From assembly GCA_937975715.1 (NCBI GenBank), contig CALJUA010000065.1, positions 4,796-68,795 on the forward strand: 64,000 nt of DNA, given 5' to 3'. The notes beneath the pieces were generated by a model, which ran no database searches, was not told the origin of the DNA, and saw nothing but the letters and a program-made list of their open reading frames with translations. This DNA is from an uncultured Candidatus Planktophila sp. GTDB lineage: Bacteria; Actinomycetota; Actinomycetes; Nanopelagicales; Nanopelagicaceae. Numbering within the stretch: position 1 is the first letter of the stretch; the number at the start of each line of letters is the position of its first letter. A program made the translations under genes and the position numbers. Of the stretch, positions 55,367 through 64,000 are shown piece by piece.

Positions 55367-56184
55367 TGGAGATCATGGATATGCGCTTAGTGATTGCTGC
55401 ACATTATGAACCCGGTGCTCCACGCATCACGCGAGAGATCGAAGAGCTTGGCATTGAAGAAGTGTTTGCGAGAATTCCTGAGAGCGAAAGGATAAATATT
55501 CGCGAGACGTACAATGCAATTTCAGCATGTGGGGGAGAGCTATTCATTCCCGAAGATTCGAGGTGGCCAGCACTACTGAATGACTTAGAAGTTCCACCAG
55601 TAGCAATCGTCATTAAAGGGGATGCTGCTGTATTGCAACAACAATCTTTGGCGATTGTGGGCACAAGAAATCCAACTCCGTATGGAATCAAAAATGCTCA
55701 GGAGTTTGCCGCCGGTTTTGTCGATCGCGAGTGGGCAATCATCAGCGGTGGCGCTTATGGAATTGATTCTGCTGCTCATAAGGGCGCACTTATTGCAGAG
55801 GGCGTCACTATTGCAGTCACTGCATCAGGGTTGGACAGCACTTATCCGGCAGGCAATCAAAGACTCTTCGACGAGATAATTGAAAACGGCGCCATTATTA
55901 CCGAATACATGCCAGGCGCAATTGCTCGCCCACATCGTTTCTTGGTGCGCAACCGGTTGATTGCAGCTCTCTCACGAGGAACCTTGGTGGTTGAAGCAGC
56001 TTTCAGAAGTGGATCTCTGCGCACTGCCCGTGATGCATCAGATCTTTTGCGCCCCGTTATGGCAATTCCTGGTCCGATTACTGCGCCGACTTCCGAAGGA
56101 TGTCATCGACTCATTGGAGAAAGGAGCGCAGAGCTGGTGACATCTGTCGCTGATGCCTACGAGCTGATGACTTCACTGGTGTAG
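55366..56184 (+). CDS. dprA: DNA-processing protein DprA (short form)
   Basis: AIVGTR, ISGGAYGIDSAAH, RNRLIAALS, VVEAA..SGSL.TA, AIPG. Confidence 0.92.
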   Translation: MEIMDMRLVIAAHYEPGAPRITREIEELGIEEVFARIPESERINIRETYNAISACGGELFIPEDSRWPALLNDLEVPPVAIVIKGDAAVLQQQSLAIVGTRNPTPYGIKNAQEFAAGFVDREWAIISGGAYGIDSAAHKGALIAEGVTIAVTASGLDSTYPAGNQRLFDEIIENGAIITEYMPGAIARPHRFLVRNRLIAALSRGTLVVEAAFRSGSLRTARDASDLLRPVMAIPGPITAPTSEGCHRLIGERSAELVTSVADAYELMTSLV

Positions 56185-56215
56185 GGGCAGGGCTAAGTAA
56201 TGAGAGAATAGGGGT

Positions 56216-57142
56216 ATGAGTGAATTCCGTTCGGGCTTTGTTGCCATTGTTGGCCGCCCTAATACAGGAAAATCAACTCTCATTAACGCCCTCGTAGGAA
56301 GCAAGATTGCGATTACATCGCACCATCCCAACACTACGCGCCATGCGATTCGCGGAATCATCAATAACCCAGAATTCCAAGCAGTCCTCGTTGATACACC
56401 TGGTGTTCATAAGCCCCGCACTCTTCTTGGCCATCGCCTCAACGCTGTTGTTAACGAGAGCCTTGATTCAGTCGATGTCATCATGATGTGTCTTCCAGCA
56501 AATGAAGCAACCGGTGCTGGTGATCAATTCATTGCAGCAGAGCTTGCCAAACACCCTCGTGCAAAGAAGTTTGCCCTTGTTACCAAGACAGATACGGTAA
56601 ATAAGAAGAGCCTTGCAGACCGTTTGATGACTATCAGTGACCTCGCTGAAGGATTCACTTGGGATGAAATCATTCCTGTCTCGGCTGTCATCCATGATCA
56701 GATTGAATTACTAGAGAAGATCATCGGCGACAATCTTCCTGAAGGACCTGCCTTCTACCCAGAAGATCAGAAGAGCGACCAGGGCACCGAACAGTTGATC
56801 TGCGAACTCATTCGCGAAGCTGCGATGCGTGATGCCCTGCAAGAACTTCCACACTCGATTATGGTGACAATCGATGAGATGTCAGAGCGCGAACCAAATG
56901 GAACGCGTCCGTTCTATGACATTCATGCATCCATCCACGTGGAGCGCGATTCACAGACTGGCATCATTTTGGGCCACCAAGGGCAACGCCTGAAAGATAT
57001 TGGAATGCGCGCACGTAAAGATATTGAACGCGAGCTTGGTGCGCGAATTTTCCTTGGGCTGCACGTCAAGGTTTCGAAAGAGTGGCAGCGCGATCCCAAG
57101 TTATTGGAACGCCTTGGTTTTTCAGATAAGAAGCACTCTTAA
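56216..57142 (+). CDS. era: GTPase Era
   Basis: GRPNTGKST, DTPG, TKTD, KH domain (IILGHQGQRLK). Confidence 0.95.
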   Translation: MSEFRSGFVAIVGRPNTGKSTLINALVGSKIAITSHHPNTTRHAIRGIINNPEFQAVLVDTPGVHKPRTLLGHRLNAVVNESLDSVDVIMMCLPANEATGAGDQFIAAELAKHPRAKKFALVTKTDTVNKKSLADRLMTISDLAEGFTWDEIIPVSAVIHDQIELLEKIIGDNLPEGPAFYPEDQKSDQGTEQLICELIREAAMRDALQELPHSIMVTIDEMSEREPNGTRPFYDIHASIHVERDSQTGIILGHQGQRLKDIGMRARKDIERELGARIFLGLHVKVSKEWQRDPKLLERLGFSDKKHS

Positions 57143-57972
57143 GCAGAGATTGCGCCGGTTGCAAGAGCAATTAGCAGTGCAGTGCCAAGCACAATTCGGT
57201 AAATTACAAATGGCGTAAAGGATTTCGATGAGATGTATCGCATTAACCATGCAATCACTGCATAACCCACAAAGAAGGCAACAACGGTTGCTGTGATTGT
57301 CTCTGTCATGGTGAAGACTCGAATTCCTGGCTCATCAATTGCTTTCTTAAGTTGATATAAACCACTGCCAAAGACAGCTGGAAGTGCGAGCAGGAATGAA
57401 TAACGAAGTGCGGATTCGCGGCGATATCCAAGGATTCGGCCCATCGCAATAGTTGCTCCTGAGCGAGATACACCAGGAATAAGAGCGAGAGATTGTGCGA
57501 GGCCATAGAGAATTCCGTGGCCGGGAGTAAGTTGATCGAGAGTGCGCTCATTGCGCCCCATGTAATCCAAGAATCCCAAAAGGAAGCCGAAGACAATAAG
57601 TGTTGTTGCGATAATCCAGAGTGAGCGGAGTTCGTTTTCAATGTAGCTCTGACCGAGATATCCCAAAATGACAATCGGTAAAGTGCCAATAGTAATGAGC
57701 CATGCAAGGCGGGCATCGCTACGTTCGTGATGCGTCAAATGTGCTTTGCGCTTAAGCGACTTGAGCCAAGCTACGATGATAGAAAAGATATCTTTGCGGA
57801 AGTAAATCAAGACTGCGAGCTCGGTTCCGATTTGAGTAATCGCTGTAAATGTTGCTCCAGGATCTCTCGCAGAATCCATCAACTTTCCAATGATTGCCAG
57901 GTGGGCATTGGATGAGATTGGCAGGAATTCGGTAAGGCCTTGGATGATTCCTAAGAAGATTGCGCTAAACAT
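57139..57972 (-). CDS. uppP: Undecaprenyl-diphosphate phosphatase
   Basis: GIIQGLTEFLPISSNAHL, ALIPGVSRSGATI, YSFLL. Confidence 0.95.
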   Translation of the reverse strand: MFSAIFLGIIQGLTEFLPISSNAHLAIIGKLMDSARDPGATFTAITQIGTELAVLIYFRKDIFSIIVAWLKSLKRKAHLTHHERSDARLAWLITIGTLPIVILGYLGQSYIENELRSLWIIATTLIVFGFLLGFLDYMGRNERTLDQLTPGHGILYGLAQSLALIPGVSRSGATIAMGRILGYRRESALRYSFLLALPAVFGSGLYQLKKAIDEPGIRVFTMTETITATVVAFFVGYAVIAWLMRYISSKSFTPFVIYRIVLGTALLIALATGAISA

Positions 57973-58849
57973 TGGCAGGTGCCTCACTCTTTCGACTTGC
58001 AAAATATGAGCCGACTAGAACGAGCGGCAGTCCAAGAACGATTCCAATTGTAAGTGGCTCGCCCAAGATTATGACTCCAAGAACCACAGCAAACGCGGTG
58101 TTCAGGTAAGTCACAAGTGATGCTCGGGCAACGTCAATAATGGATGTGAGGGTAAAGAAGATAGCAAAAGCCAATCCTGTTGAGAGAACACCCAGGCCAA
58201 TGATTGCTGAGATTGCCTGCGAAGAGATGTGATTTTCTGGCCATTGAGCCACAGTGAAGGGCAGGTAGAAGAGAGCGGTAATCCCCATCGCTACTGCATT
58301 GATTGCAACACCTGAAACTCCAGGCAACCTTCCCTGGACCATCATTACCGCATATGAATATCCCACTGCAGCAAGGAGAACCATGCCAATCGCAAGGGGA
58401 TCAACACTGCCCTTGATGCTCTCGATACCAACAACTGCAATCAATCCGATAAAACCGATAACGATTCCGAGAAGGCGCTTGTGATGCCAAACAGTCTTGT
58501 CGCCTTTGAGTGAGGCAAAGATTGTTGCCCAGATAGGTACTGATGCAATCAGTAGGCCTGCAAGACCGGAAGAGATTTTCTGTTCGGCAGTGCCGATGAG
58601 AATCCAAGGGCCTATCATTTCGAGGATTGCATAGGGGATTATATATTTGATTCCGCGAAGCGCAGCTCCGAGTGACTTCTGATGAATCGACCAAGGAATC
58701 AAAATCGCAGCGCCGATTGCTGTGCGAAGGCAGACAACAGTTGCAGGAGAGAATCCATTCTCGGGATCGACAGCTACTTTAATAAAGAGATATGGAACGC
58801 CCCATAGGAATCCAACCAAGAGAAATAGACCTAAGCCGCGACGCGACAT
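57965..58849 (-). CDS. EamA/DMT-family transporter
   Basis: LWGVPYLFIK, SSGLAGLL, TYLNTAFAV..G. Confidence 0.88.
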   Translation of the reverse strand: MSRRGLGLFLLVGFLWGVPYLFIKVAVDPENGFSPATVVCLRTAIGAAILIPWSIHQKSLGAALRGIKYIIPYAILEMIGPWILIGTAEQKISSGLAGLLIASVPIWATIFASLKGDKTVWHHKRLLGIVIGFIGLIAVVGIESIKGSVDPLAIGMVLLAAVGYSYAVMMVQGRLPGVSGVAINAVAMGITALFYLPFTVAQWPENHISSQAISAIIGLGVLSTGLAFAIFFTLTSIIDVARASLVTYLNTAFAVVLGVIILGEPLTIGIVLGLPLVLVGSYFASRKSEAPANV

Positions 58850-58873
58850 TGTGACTCCGATGCAGTGTTGAAG

Positions 58874-60058
58874 TTAGCGGTTGTTGATAACCGAGCGATA
58901 GAGAGCGAGTGTAGTTGCGGCGACTGCATCCCACCCAAATTCAGTGATCGCGCGCTGACGTCCAGCTTTTCCATATTGAACGAGAAGATCTGGATTTCCC
59001 ATTAAGCGGGTAATCGCAGCTGAGATTGCAGATTCAAATCGAGGTATGTCGTTTTCGGTGTAATCAACGAGTTCGCCAGTCTTGCCATCGCTGACAACTT
59101 CCGGGATGCCTCCAACACGAGAGGCCAGGACCGCTGTCTCACATCCCATTGCTTCAAGATTCACGATGCCCAGGGGTTCGTAGATGGATGGACATAGGAA
59201 GAGATCAGCATGGGTGAGTGCTGCAGTTAATTTATTGTGGGGGAGCATCTCCTTGATCCACCAGACGTTGCTCCGACTCTCTTGAAGTTCGGCAATGAGG
59301 TCAGCTACTTCTGCGCCTATTCCGGGTTCATCAGGGCTACCTGCTGCGAGCAAAAGTCCGTATTCGGCAGGAACATCGCGCCATGCACGAAGTAAGTGCG
59401 CCAATCCTTTCTGGCGAGTAATACGACCAACAAACATCGCATAACGTCCCGTGATTCCAAATTCCTTCAATACAGAGTCATCGGTATTTGGCGTAAATCG
59501 TGATGTATCAACGCCATTACGAATCGTGACAACCTTTGCGGGATCAACGCTGGGGTATGCCTTCAGAACATCGGCGCGCATTCCATCGCTGACTGCGATG
59601 ATGGCAGCAGCTGCTTCATAGGCTGTCTTCTCTGCCCAAGAGGAAATTTGATAACCACCACCAAGCTGGTCTGCCTTCCATGGGCGAAGTGGTTCGAGCG
59701 AATGTGCACTGACGATGTGGGGAGTTCCGTAAAGCAAGGATGCTGTGTGGCCAGCCATGTTTGCATACCAAGTATGTGAATGAATGACATCAACGCTGCC
59801 GAGATTATTGGCGATAGCGAGATCCGTCGCTATCGCTTGAAGTGCTGGGTTGGCATCGGCGAATTCAGCGGGTGTTGAGTAACCGAAAGAACCATCCTCG
59901 CGTGCACCACCAAAGCAATGGACATCAACCTCGACGTTATTGAGTTTACGTAGCGCCTCGGTTAACTGAACAACATGAACGCCGGCTCCGCCGTAGACGG
60001 CAGGTGGCCACTCCTTTGTAACGATTCCAATGCGGGTCTGATCGGCTGCGCTAGACAT
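58874..60058 (-). CDS. glgA: Actinobacterial GlgA/GlgM-type glycosyltransferase (glycogen / maltose-1-phosphate synthesis)
   Basis: EWPPAVYGGAGVHV, HSHTWYA, VGRITRQKG, EPLGIVNLEAM. Confidence 0.92.
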   Translation of the reverse strand: MSSAADQTRIGIVTKEWPPAVYGGAGVHVVQLTEALRKLNNVEVDVHCFGGAREDGSFGYSTPAEFADANPALQAIATDLAIANNLGSVDVIHSHTWYANMAGHTASLLYGTPHIVSAHSLEPLRPWKADQLGGGYQISSWAEKTAYEAAAAIIAVSDGMRADVLKAYPSVDPAKVVTIRNGVDTSRFTPNTDDSVLKEFGITGRYAMFVGRITRQKGLAHLLRAWRDVPAEYGLLLAAGSPDEPGIGAEVADLIAELQESRSNVWWIKEMLPHNKLTAALTHADLFLCPSIYEPLGIVNLEAMGCETAVLASRVGGIPEVVSDGKTGELVDYTENDIPRFESAISAAITRLMGNPDLLVQYGKAGRQRAITEFGWDAVAATTLALYRSVINNR

Positions 60059-60115
60059 AGATGAAGAGTAGTCGTGGGTATGGCTTTGTAGTAGGGAGTT
60101 CTGTAGCCTTTCTCC

Positions 60116-61339
60116 ATGGCGCGCTTTGAAACTCCTCTCGGAATAGTTCTCGCTGGCGGGGAAGGCAAGAGATTGATGCCACTCACTGCAGATCGCGCAA
60201 AGCCTGCAGTGCCATTTGGTGGTTCATACCGTCTTATCGATTTTGTGCTCTCTAATCTTGTTAATGCAGATATGCGCAAGATTGCAGTTCTTACGCAATA
60301 CAAGTCACACTCACTTGACCGCCACATCACTACCACTTGGCGCATGTCGACGCTGCTAGAAAATTACGTAACGCCGGTTCCTGCCCAGCAGCGCCTTGGT
60401 CCACGTTGGTATACCGGCTCAGCTGATGCGATTTTGCAGAACTTCAATTTGATTCAAGATGAAAATCCAAAGCATGTAGTTGTATTTGGTGCAGACCACG
60501 TTTATCGCATGGATCCAAGCCAGATGTATGACCAGCACCTTAGTACTGGTGCAGGTGTCACAATCGCTGCAATTCGTATGCCACGTTCAGAGGCACATGA
60601 ATTTGGAGTTATCGAACTCGCTGAAGATGGCATCACCATTAAGAAATTCCACGAGAAGCCATCTGATCCTCCCGCAATGCCAGGCCACCCAGATCTCGCA
60701 TTGGTTTCGATGGGTAACTACATCTTCAAGCGCGATGTCATGGAAGAGGCGCTGATTTTGGATTCTGAAGATCTTGAATCTCGCCATGACATCGGCGGAA
60801 ATATCATTCCTATGCTCACTGCGGCAGGTCAGGCAAAGGTCTACGACTTCGAGCACAACGTTGTACCAGGTGCAACTGAACGCGATAAAGGTTATTGGCG
60901 CGATGTAGGTTCGATTGATGCGTACTACGACGCACATATGGACCTCGTCTCAATCCATCCAATCTTTAACTTATACAACCGTGATTGGCCACTACTGACC
61001 AACCCACCTTCATTGCCTCCTGCAAAGTTCTCTGAAAATGGAATCGCGCAAGATTCAATTGTTGGTGCTGGTTCAATCATTGCCGGCGGACACGTCAGCC
61101 GCACAGTCGCTTCGTACGATGTCCATGTTGGCACCGGCGCTTTTGTCGACAGCTCTGTCTTGATGCCTAATGTCAAGATTGGAGACCGCGCGGTCATTCG
61201 TAAAGCGATTATCGATAAGGGTGTTGTTGTCGAACCTGGTGCTCAAATTGGCGTAGATCTCGAAAGAGACCGTCAGCGCTTTACTGTCACTCAATCAGGA
61301 ATCGTTGTTGTTGGAAAAGGTATTCGCGTTACTGCGTAA
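60116..61339 (+). CDS. glgC: Glucose-1-phosphate adenylyltransferase
   Basis: [39 protein letters not shown]. Confidence 0.96.
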   Translation: MARFETPLGIVLAGGEGKRLMPLTADRAKPAVPFGGSYRLIDFVLSNLVNADMRKIAVLTQYKSHSLDRHITTTWRMSTLLENYVTPVPAQQRLGPRWYTGSADAILQNFNLIQDENPKHVVVFGADHVYRMDPSQMYDQHLSTGAGVTIAAIRMPRSEAHEFGVIELAEDGITIKKFHEKPSDPPAMPGHPDLALVSMGNYIFKRDVMEEALILDSEDLESRHDIGGNIIPMLTAAGQAKVYDFEHNVVPGATERDKGYWRDVGSIDAYYDAHMDLVSIHPIFNLYNRDWPLLTNPPSLPPAKFSENGIAQDSIVGAGSIIAGGHVSRTVASYDVHVGTGAFVDSSVLMPNVKIGDRAVIRKAIIDKGVVVEPGAQIGVDLERDRQRFTVTQSGIVVVGKGIRVTA

Positions 61340-62255
61340 GTTTTTTCAACTCATCTGCGACAAAATCAATTGCTTTCTGTGCAGTCGGCGTAACTGCCAA
61401 GTTGGTAAAGAATCCATGAATCATGCCGTCATATTGCTTGTATAAGACAGGTACTTTGTCGCGATGTAAAAGGGCCGCATATTGCTCTCCATCGCTTAAG
61501 AGCGGGTCGAATTCTGCAGTAAGGATGATTGCTGGCGCTACTCCAGTGAAATCTTTCGCGGTCATAGGCACTGCATAGGGATTTTCGTTGTGAGCATCTC
61601 CTTGAAGATATTGATCCCAGAACCATTTCATAGCTTGAGTTGTAAGACCGTAGCCAGTTGCCATGTTTTCATATGAATCAGTGGTGAATTTTCTTCCGTT
61701 ACATGGATAAATCAATACCTGAAACTTTAGAACTATTCCCATGTCGCGCGCTTTAAGAGCAACGGCACTTGCGAGAGTTGCACCTGCGCTATCACCTGCG
61801 ACACCTACAAAGTCTCGATCAATCTTTAGCTCATCGCTATGGGCTATTACCCACTGAAGTGTTGCAAAACAATCGTCGAATGGAATTGGGAAAGGATGTT
61901 CTGGCGCTTTTTGATAATGAACACCAATGATGGTAAATCCAGATTGATTTGCAAGGCGCGACATAGATGCGTCATACATATCGAGATAGTTGAGAACAAA
62001 ACCGCCGCCATGAAAATGCACTATTGCGGGAGCAGAAGGATTATCTGTAGGGCGGTAAATTCGAATAGGAAGGTCGGCAGTTGGTCCAGGGATAAATCGA
62101 TTGATCACTTCTCGCACTGGTTCGACTGGTCCAGATGTCGCCATACGTCCTTGGGTATTTGCACGAATCTCAGATAATGGCGCTTCCCACACTGCAGGAA
62201 GTCCAGCTGCTGCCTGCTTCTCGAGGAATGCTTTGATTTCTGGGGCCAGTGGCAT
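61329..62255 (-). CDS. Alpha/beta hydrolase (HSL-family esterase/lipase)
   Basis: HGGG, GDSAG, DPL, HGF. Confidence 0.9.
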   Translation of the reverse strand: MPLAPEIKAFLEKQAAAGLPAVWEAPLSEIRANTQGRMATSGPVEPVREVINRFIPGPTADLPIRIYRPTDNPSAPAIVHFHGGGFVLNYLDMYDASMSRLANQSGFTIIGVHYQKAPEHPFPIPFDDCFATLQWVIAHSDELKIDRDFVGVAGDSAGATLASAVALKARDMGIVLKFQVLIYPCNGRKFTTDSYENMATGYGLTTQAMKWFWDQYLQGDAHNENPYAVPMTAKDFTGVAPAIILTAEFDPLLSDGEQYAALLHRDKVPVLYKQYDGMIHGFFTNLAVTPTAQKAIDFVADELKKLTQ

Positions 62256-62356
62256 GGAGACAGTATATCACGGGCACGCTAGACTTCACCCAGGTCAACG
62301 TTGACATCAGGGCTTGTTTTTCAAAGCCCAATCACACTTTCAATTTGGAGTTTCAA

Positions 62357-63382
62357 ATGCGTTTTGGTGTTCTTACAGGTGGCGGAGATTGCCCAGGTCT
62401 TAACGGTGTTATCCGCGGTGTTGTAACAAAGGGAATCAAGGATTACGGCTACGAGTTCGTAGGTTTCCGTGATGGCTGGAAGGGTCCGCTTGAGGGTCTG
62501 ACGATGCCTTTGGATCTCGCAACAGTAAAGCCAATCCTCACAAAGGGCGGAACAATCCTCGGATCATCACGCACAAACCCATTTAAGATCGATGGCGGTG
62601 TTGAGAAGATCAAGGCAAACCTCGAAGCTCATGGCGTAGATGCACTTATCGCAATCGGCGGCGAGGACACACTTGGTGTGGCTACGAAGCTCCACGCTCT
62701 TGGCGTCAAGGTCATCGGTGTTCCAAAGACAATCGATAACGACCTCAACAACACAGACTTCACATTTGGTTTTGATACATCAGTCAATATTGCAATGGAG
62801 GCTATCGATCGCCTTCACACAACTGCAGAGTCACACCACCGCCCATTGATCGTTGAGGTCATGGGTCGCCACGCTGGCTGGATTGCGCTTCACTCAGGAA
62901 TCGCAGGAGATGCTGCATGCATCTTGATTCCAGAGCAGAAGTTCTCAGTCGAAAAGGTCTGCGAATACGTCAAGTCACGTTTTGAGACTGGCACAGCTCC
63001 AATTATCGTCATCGCTGAGGGTGCAATCCCACAAGATGGAGACATGATGGTTAAGGATCAAGAGCTCGATGCATTCGGTCACGTCAAGCTTTCAGGAATC
63101 GGCGAATGGCTTGCCCAAGAGATTGAGAAGAAGACTGGATACGAGACTCGTTGCACAGTGCTTGGTCACATCCAGCGCGGTGGAACACCAACAGCATTCG
63201 ACCGTGTTCTCTCATCACGTTTCGGTCTTGAGGCAATCACAGCAGCTCACCAAGGTGACTGGGGAACAATGATGGCTCTTCACGGAACAGATATCGTTCA
63301 CGTCCCATTGGCTTCAGCAACTGATGTCTTGAAGACAGTTCCACTATCTCGCTATGAAGAGGTTTATTCATTCTTCGGCTAA
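62357..63382 (+). CDS. pfkA: 6-phosphofructokinase
   Basis: TGGGDCPGLN, GGTILGSSR, PKTIDND, EVMGRHAG, LGHIQRGG. Confidence 0.95.
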   Translation: MRFGVLTGGGDCPGLNGVIRGVVTKGIKDYGYEFVGFRDGWKGPLEGLTMPLDLATVKPILTKGGTILGSSRTNPFKIDGGVEKIKANLEAHGVDALIAIGGEDTLGVATKLHALGVKVIGVPKTIDNDLNNTDFTFGFDTSVNIAMEAIDRLHTTAESHHRPLIVEVMGRHAGWIALHSGIAGDAACILIPEQKFSVEKVCEYVKSRFETGTAPIIVIAEGAIPQDGDMMVKDQELDAFGHVKLSGIGEWLAQEIEKKTGYETRCTVLGHIQRGGTPTAFDRVLSSRFGLEAITAAHQGDWGTMMALHGTDIVHVPLASATDVLKTVPLSRYEEVYSFFG

Positions 63383-63440
63383 GCCGTTCAGAATAGAAAT
63401 TACCCCGCATCAATTCCCTACGAGACTTTAGGCTAATGAC

Positions 63441-64000
63441 ATGACTTCTTTGGATACGCTCTTTGACGATAAGGCTGTTGCTGCACAACAACCCAACTGG
63501 CCAGGCGGTCCACAAGGCGAGCCATTAGCTAAGGCAGTGGCAGAGCTCAAATCTCTGCCACCGCTGGTCTTCGCAGGCGAGTGTGATGAACTCAAGGCAC
63601 GTATCGCAGATGCTGCTGCAGGTAAAGCATTCTGGCTCCAGGGTGGCGATTGTGCAGAGACTTTTGGATCTGCAACTGCTGATTCAATTCGCAACCGCAT
63701 CAAGACAATCCTTCAAATGGCAGCTGTATTGCAGTATCAGTCTTCACTTCCTGTCATCAAGGTAGGACGTATGGCTGGTCAATTCGCAAAGCCACGTTCT
63801 AATGACACTGAGACTCGCAATGGCGTCACACTTCCTGCATACCGTGGAGATGCTGTTAACGGCCTCGAGTTCACAGAAGAGTCTCGCACCCCAGATCCAC
63901 AGCGTTTGGTAAAGGTTTACAACACCTCTGCTGCAACCCTCAACTTGGTACGTGCATTTACTCAAGGTGGATTTGCAGATCTCCGTCGTGTTCACGAATG
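63441..64000 (+). CDS. Class II DAHP synthase (3' truncated by window edge)
   Basis: AAQQPNW, LPPLVFAGE, LQGGDCAETF, RMAGQFAKPRS, YRGDAVN. Confidence 0.93.
   Translation, partial: MTSLDTLFDDKAVAAQQPNWPGGPQGEPLAKAVAELKSLPPLVFAGECDELKARIADAAAGKAFWLQGGDCAETFGSATADSIRNRIKTILQMAAVLQYQSSLPVIKVGRMAGQFAKPRSNDTETRNGVTLPAYRGDAVNGLEFTEESRTPDPQRLVKVYNTSAATLNLVRAFTQGGFADLRRVHE

Noticed and set aside
7613-63995. Numerous short or antisense ORFs in the six-frame track (e.g. 5081-5410, 28787-29320, 37940-38515)
   Set aside because: They lie opposite or within well-supported genes, have no motifs, and mirror the codon bias of the real strand.

Overview
Compact, gene-dense bacterial DNA from a small-genome actinobacterium. 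Gene content, gene order, very short intergenic spacers and many leaderless promoters suggest freshwater acI (Nanopelagicales, Ca. Planktophila-like); this is inference. Core blocks: lexA / LysM SOS gene / nrdR-nrdJ, FMN riboswitch-ribDEAH, dinG, a haem-type ABC importer, SAM-IV riboswitch-metX, principal sigma factor, topoisomerase IV, ABC-F, psuG, sepH, rplS-lepB-rnhB-yraN-comM-dprA-era, uppP, glgA/glgC, pfkA and a class II DAHP synthase. Accessory parts: (i) a defence-like island at 1-4.9 kb with a DUF2075 helicase + MazG-like pair, a membrane-anchored DEDDh nuclease, a broken DUF4236-TPR gene, and a 26-bp direct repeat flanking a tRNA-like transcription unit; (ii) a vapBC module inserted before nrdR; (iii) an AT-rich DUF3800 gene followed by two abutting hairpins with kissing-loop complementarity; (iv) a 10-kb catabolic cluster (IclR, osmoprotectant-type ABC transporter, orphan Fae homologue, enolase-superfamily enzyme, three dehydrogenases, EamA) that matches no pathway I can name. 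Oddities in core genes: ParC lacking its C-terminal domain, a ~95-aa insertion in the principal sigma factor, and a probable CUG start for lepB. No CRISPR array, rRNA, integrase or transposase was seen. All family calls come from motif recognition by eye, without database searches.
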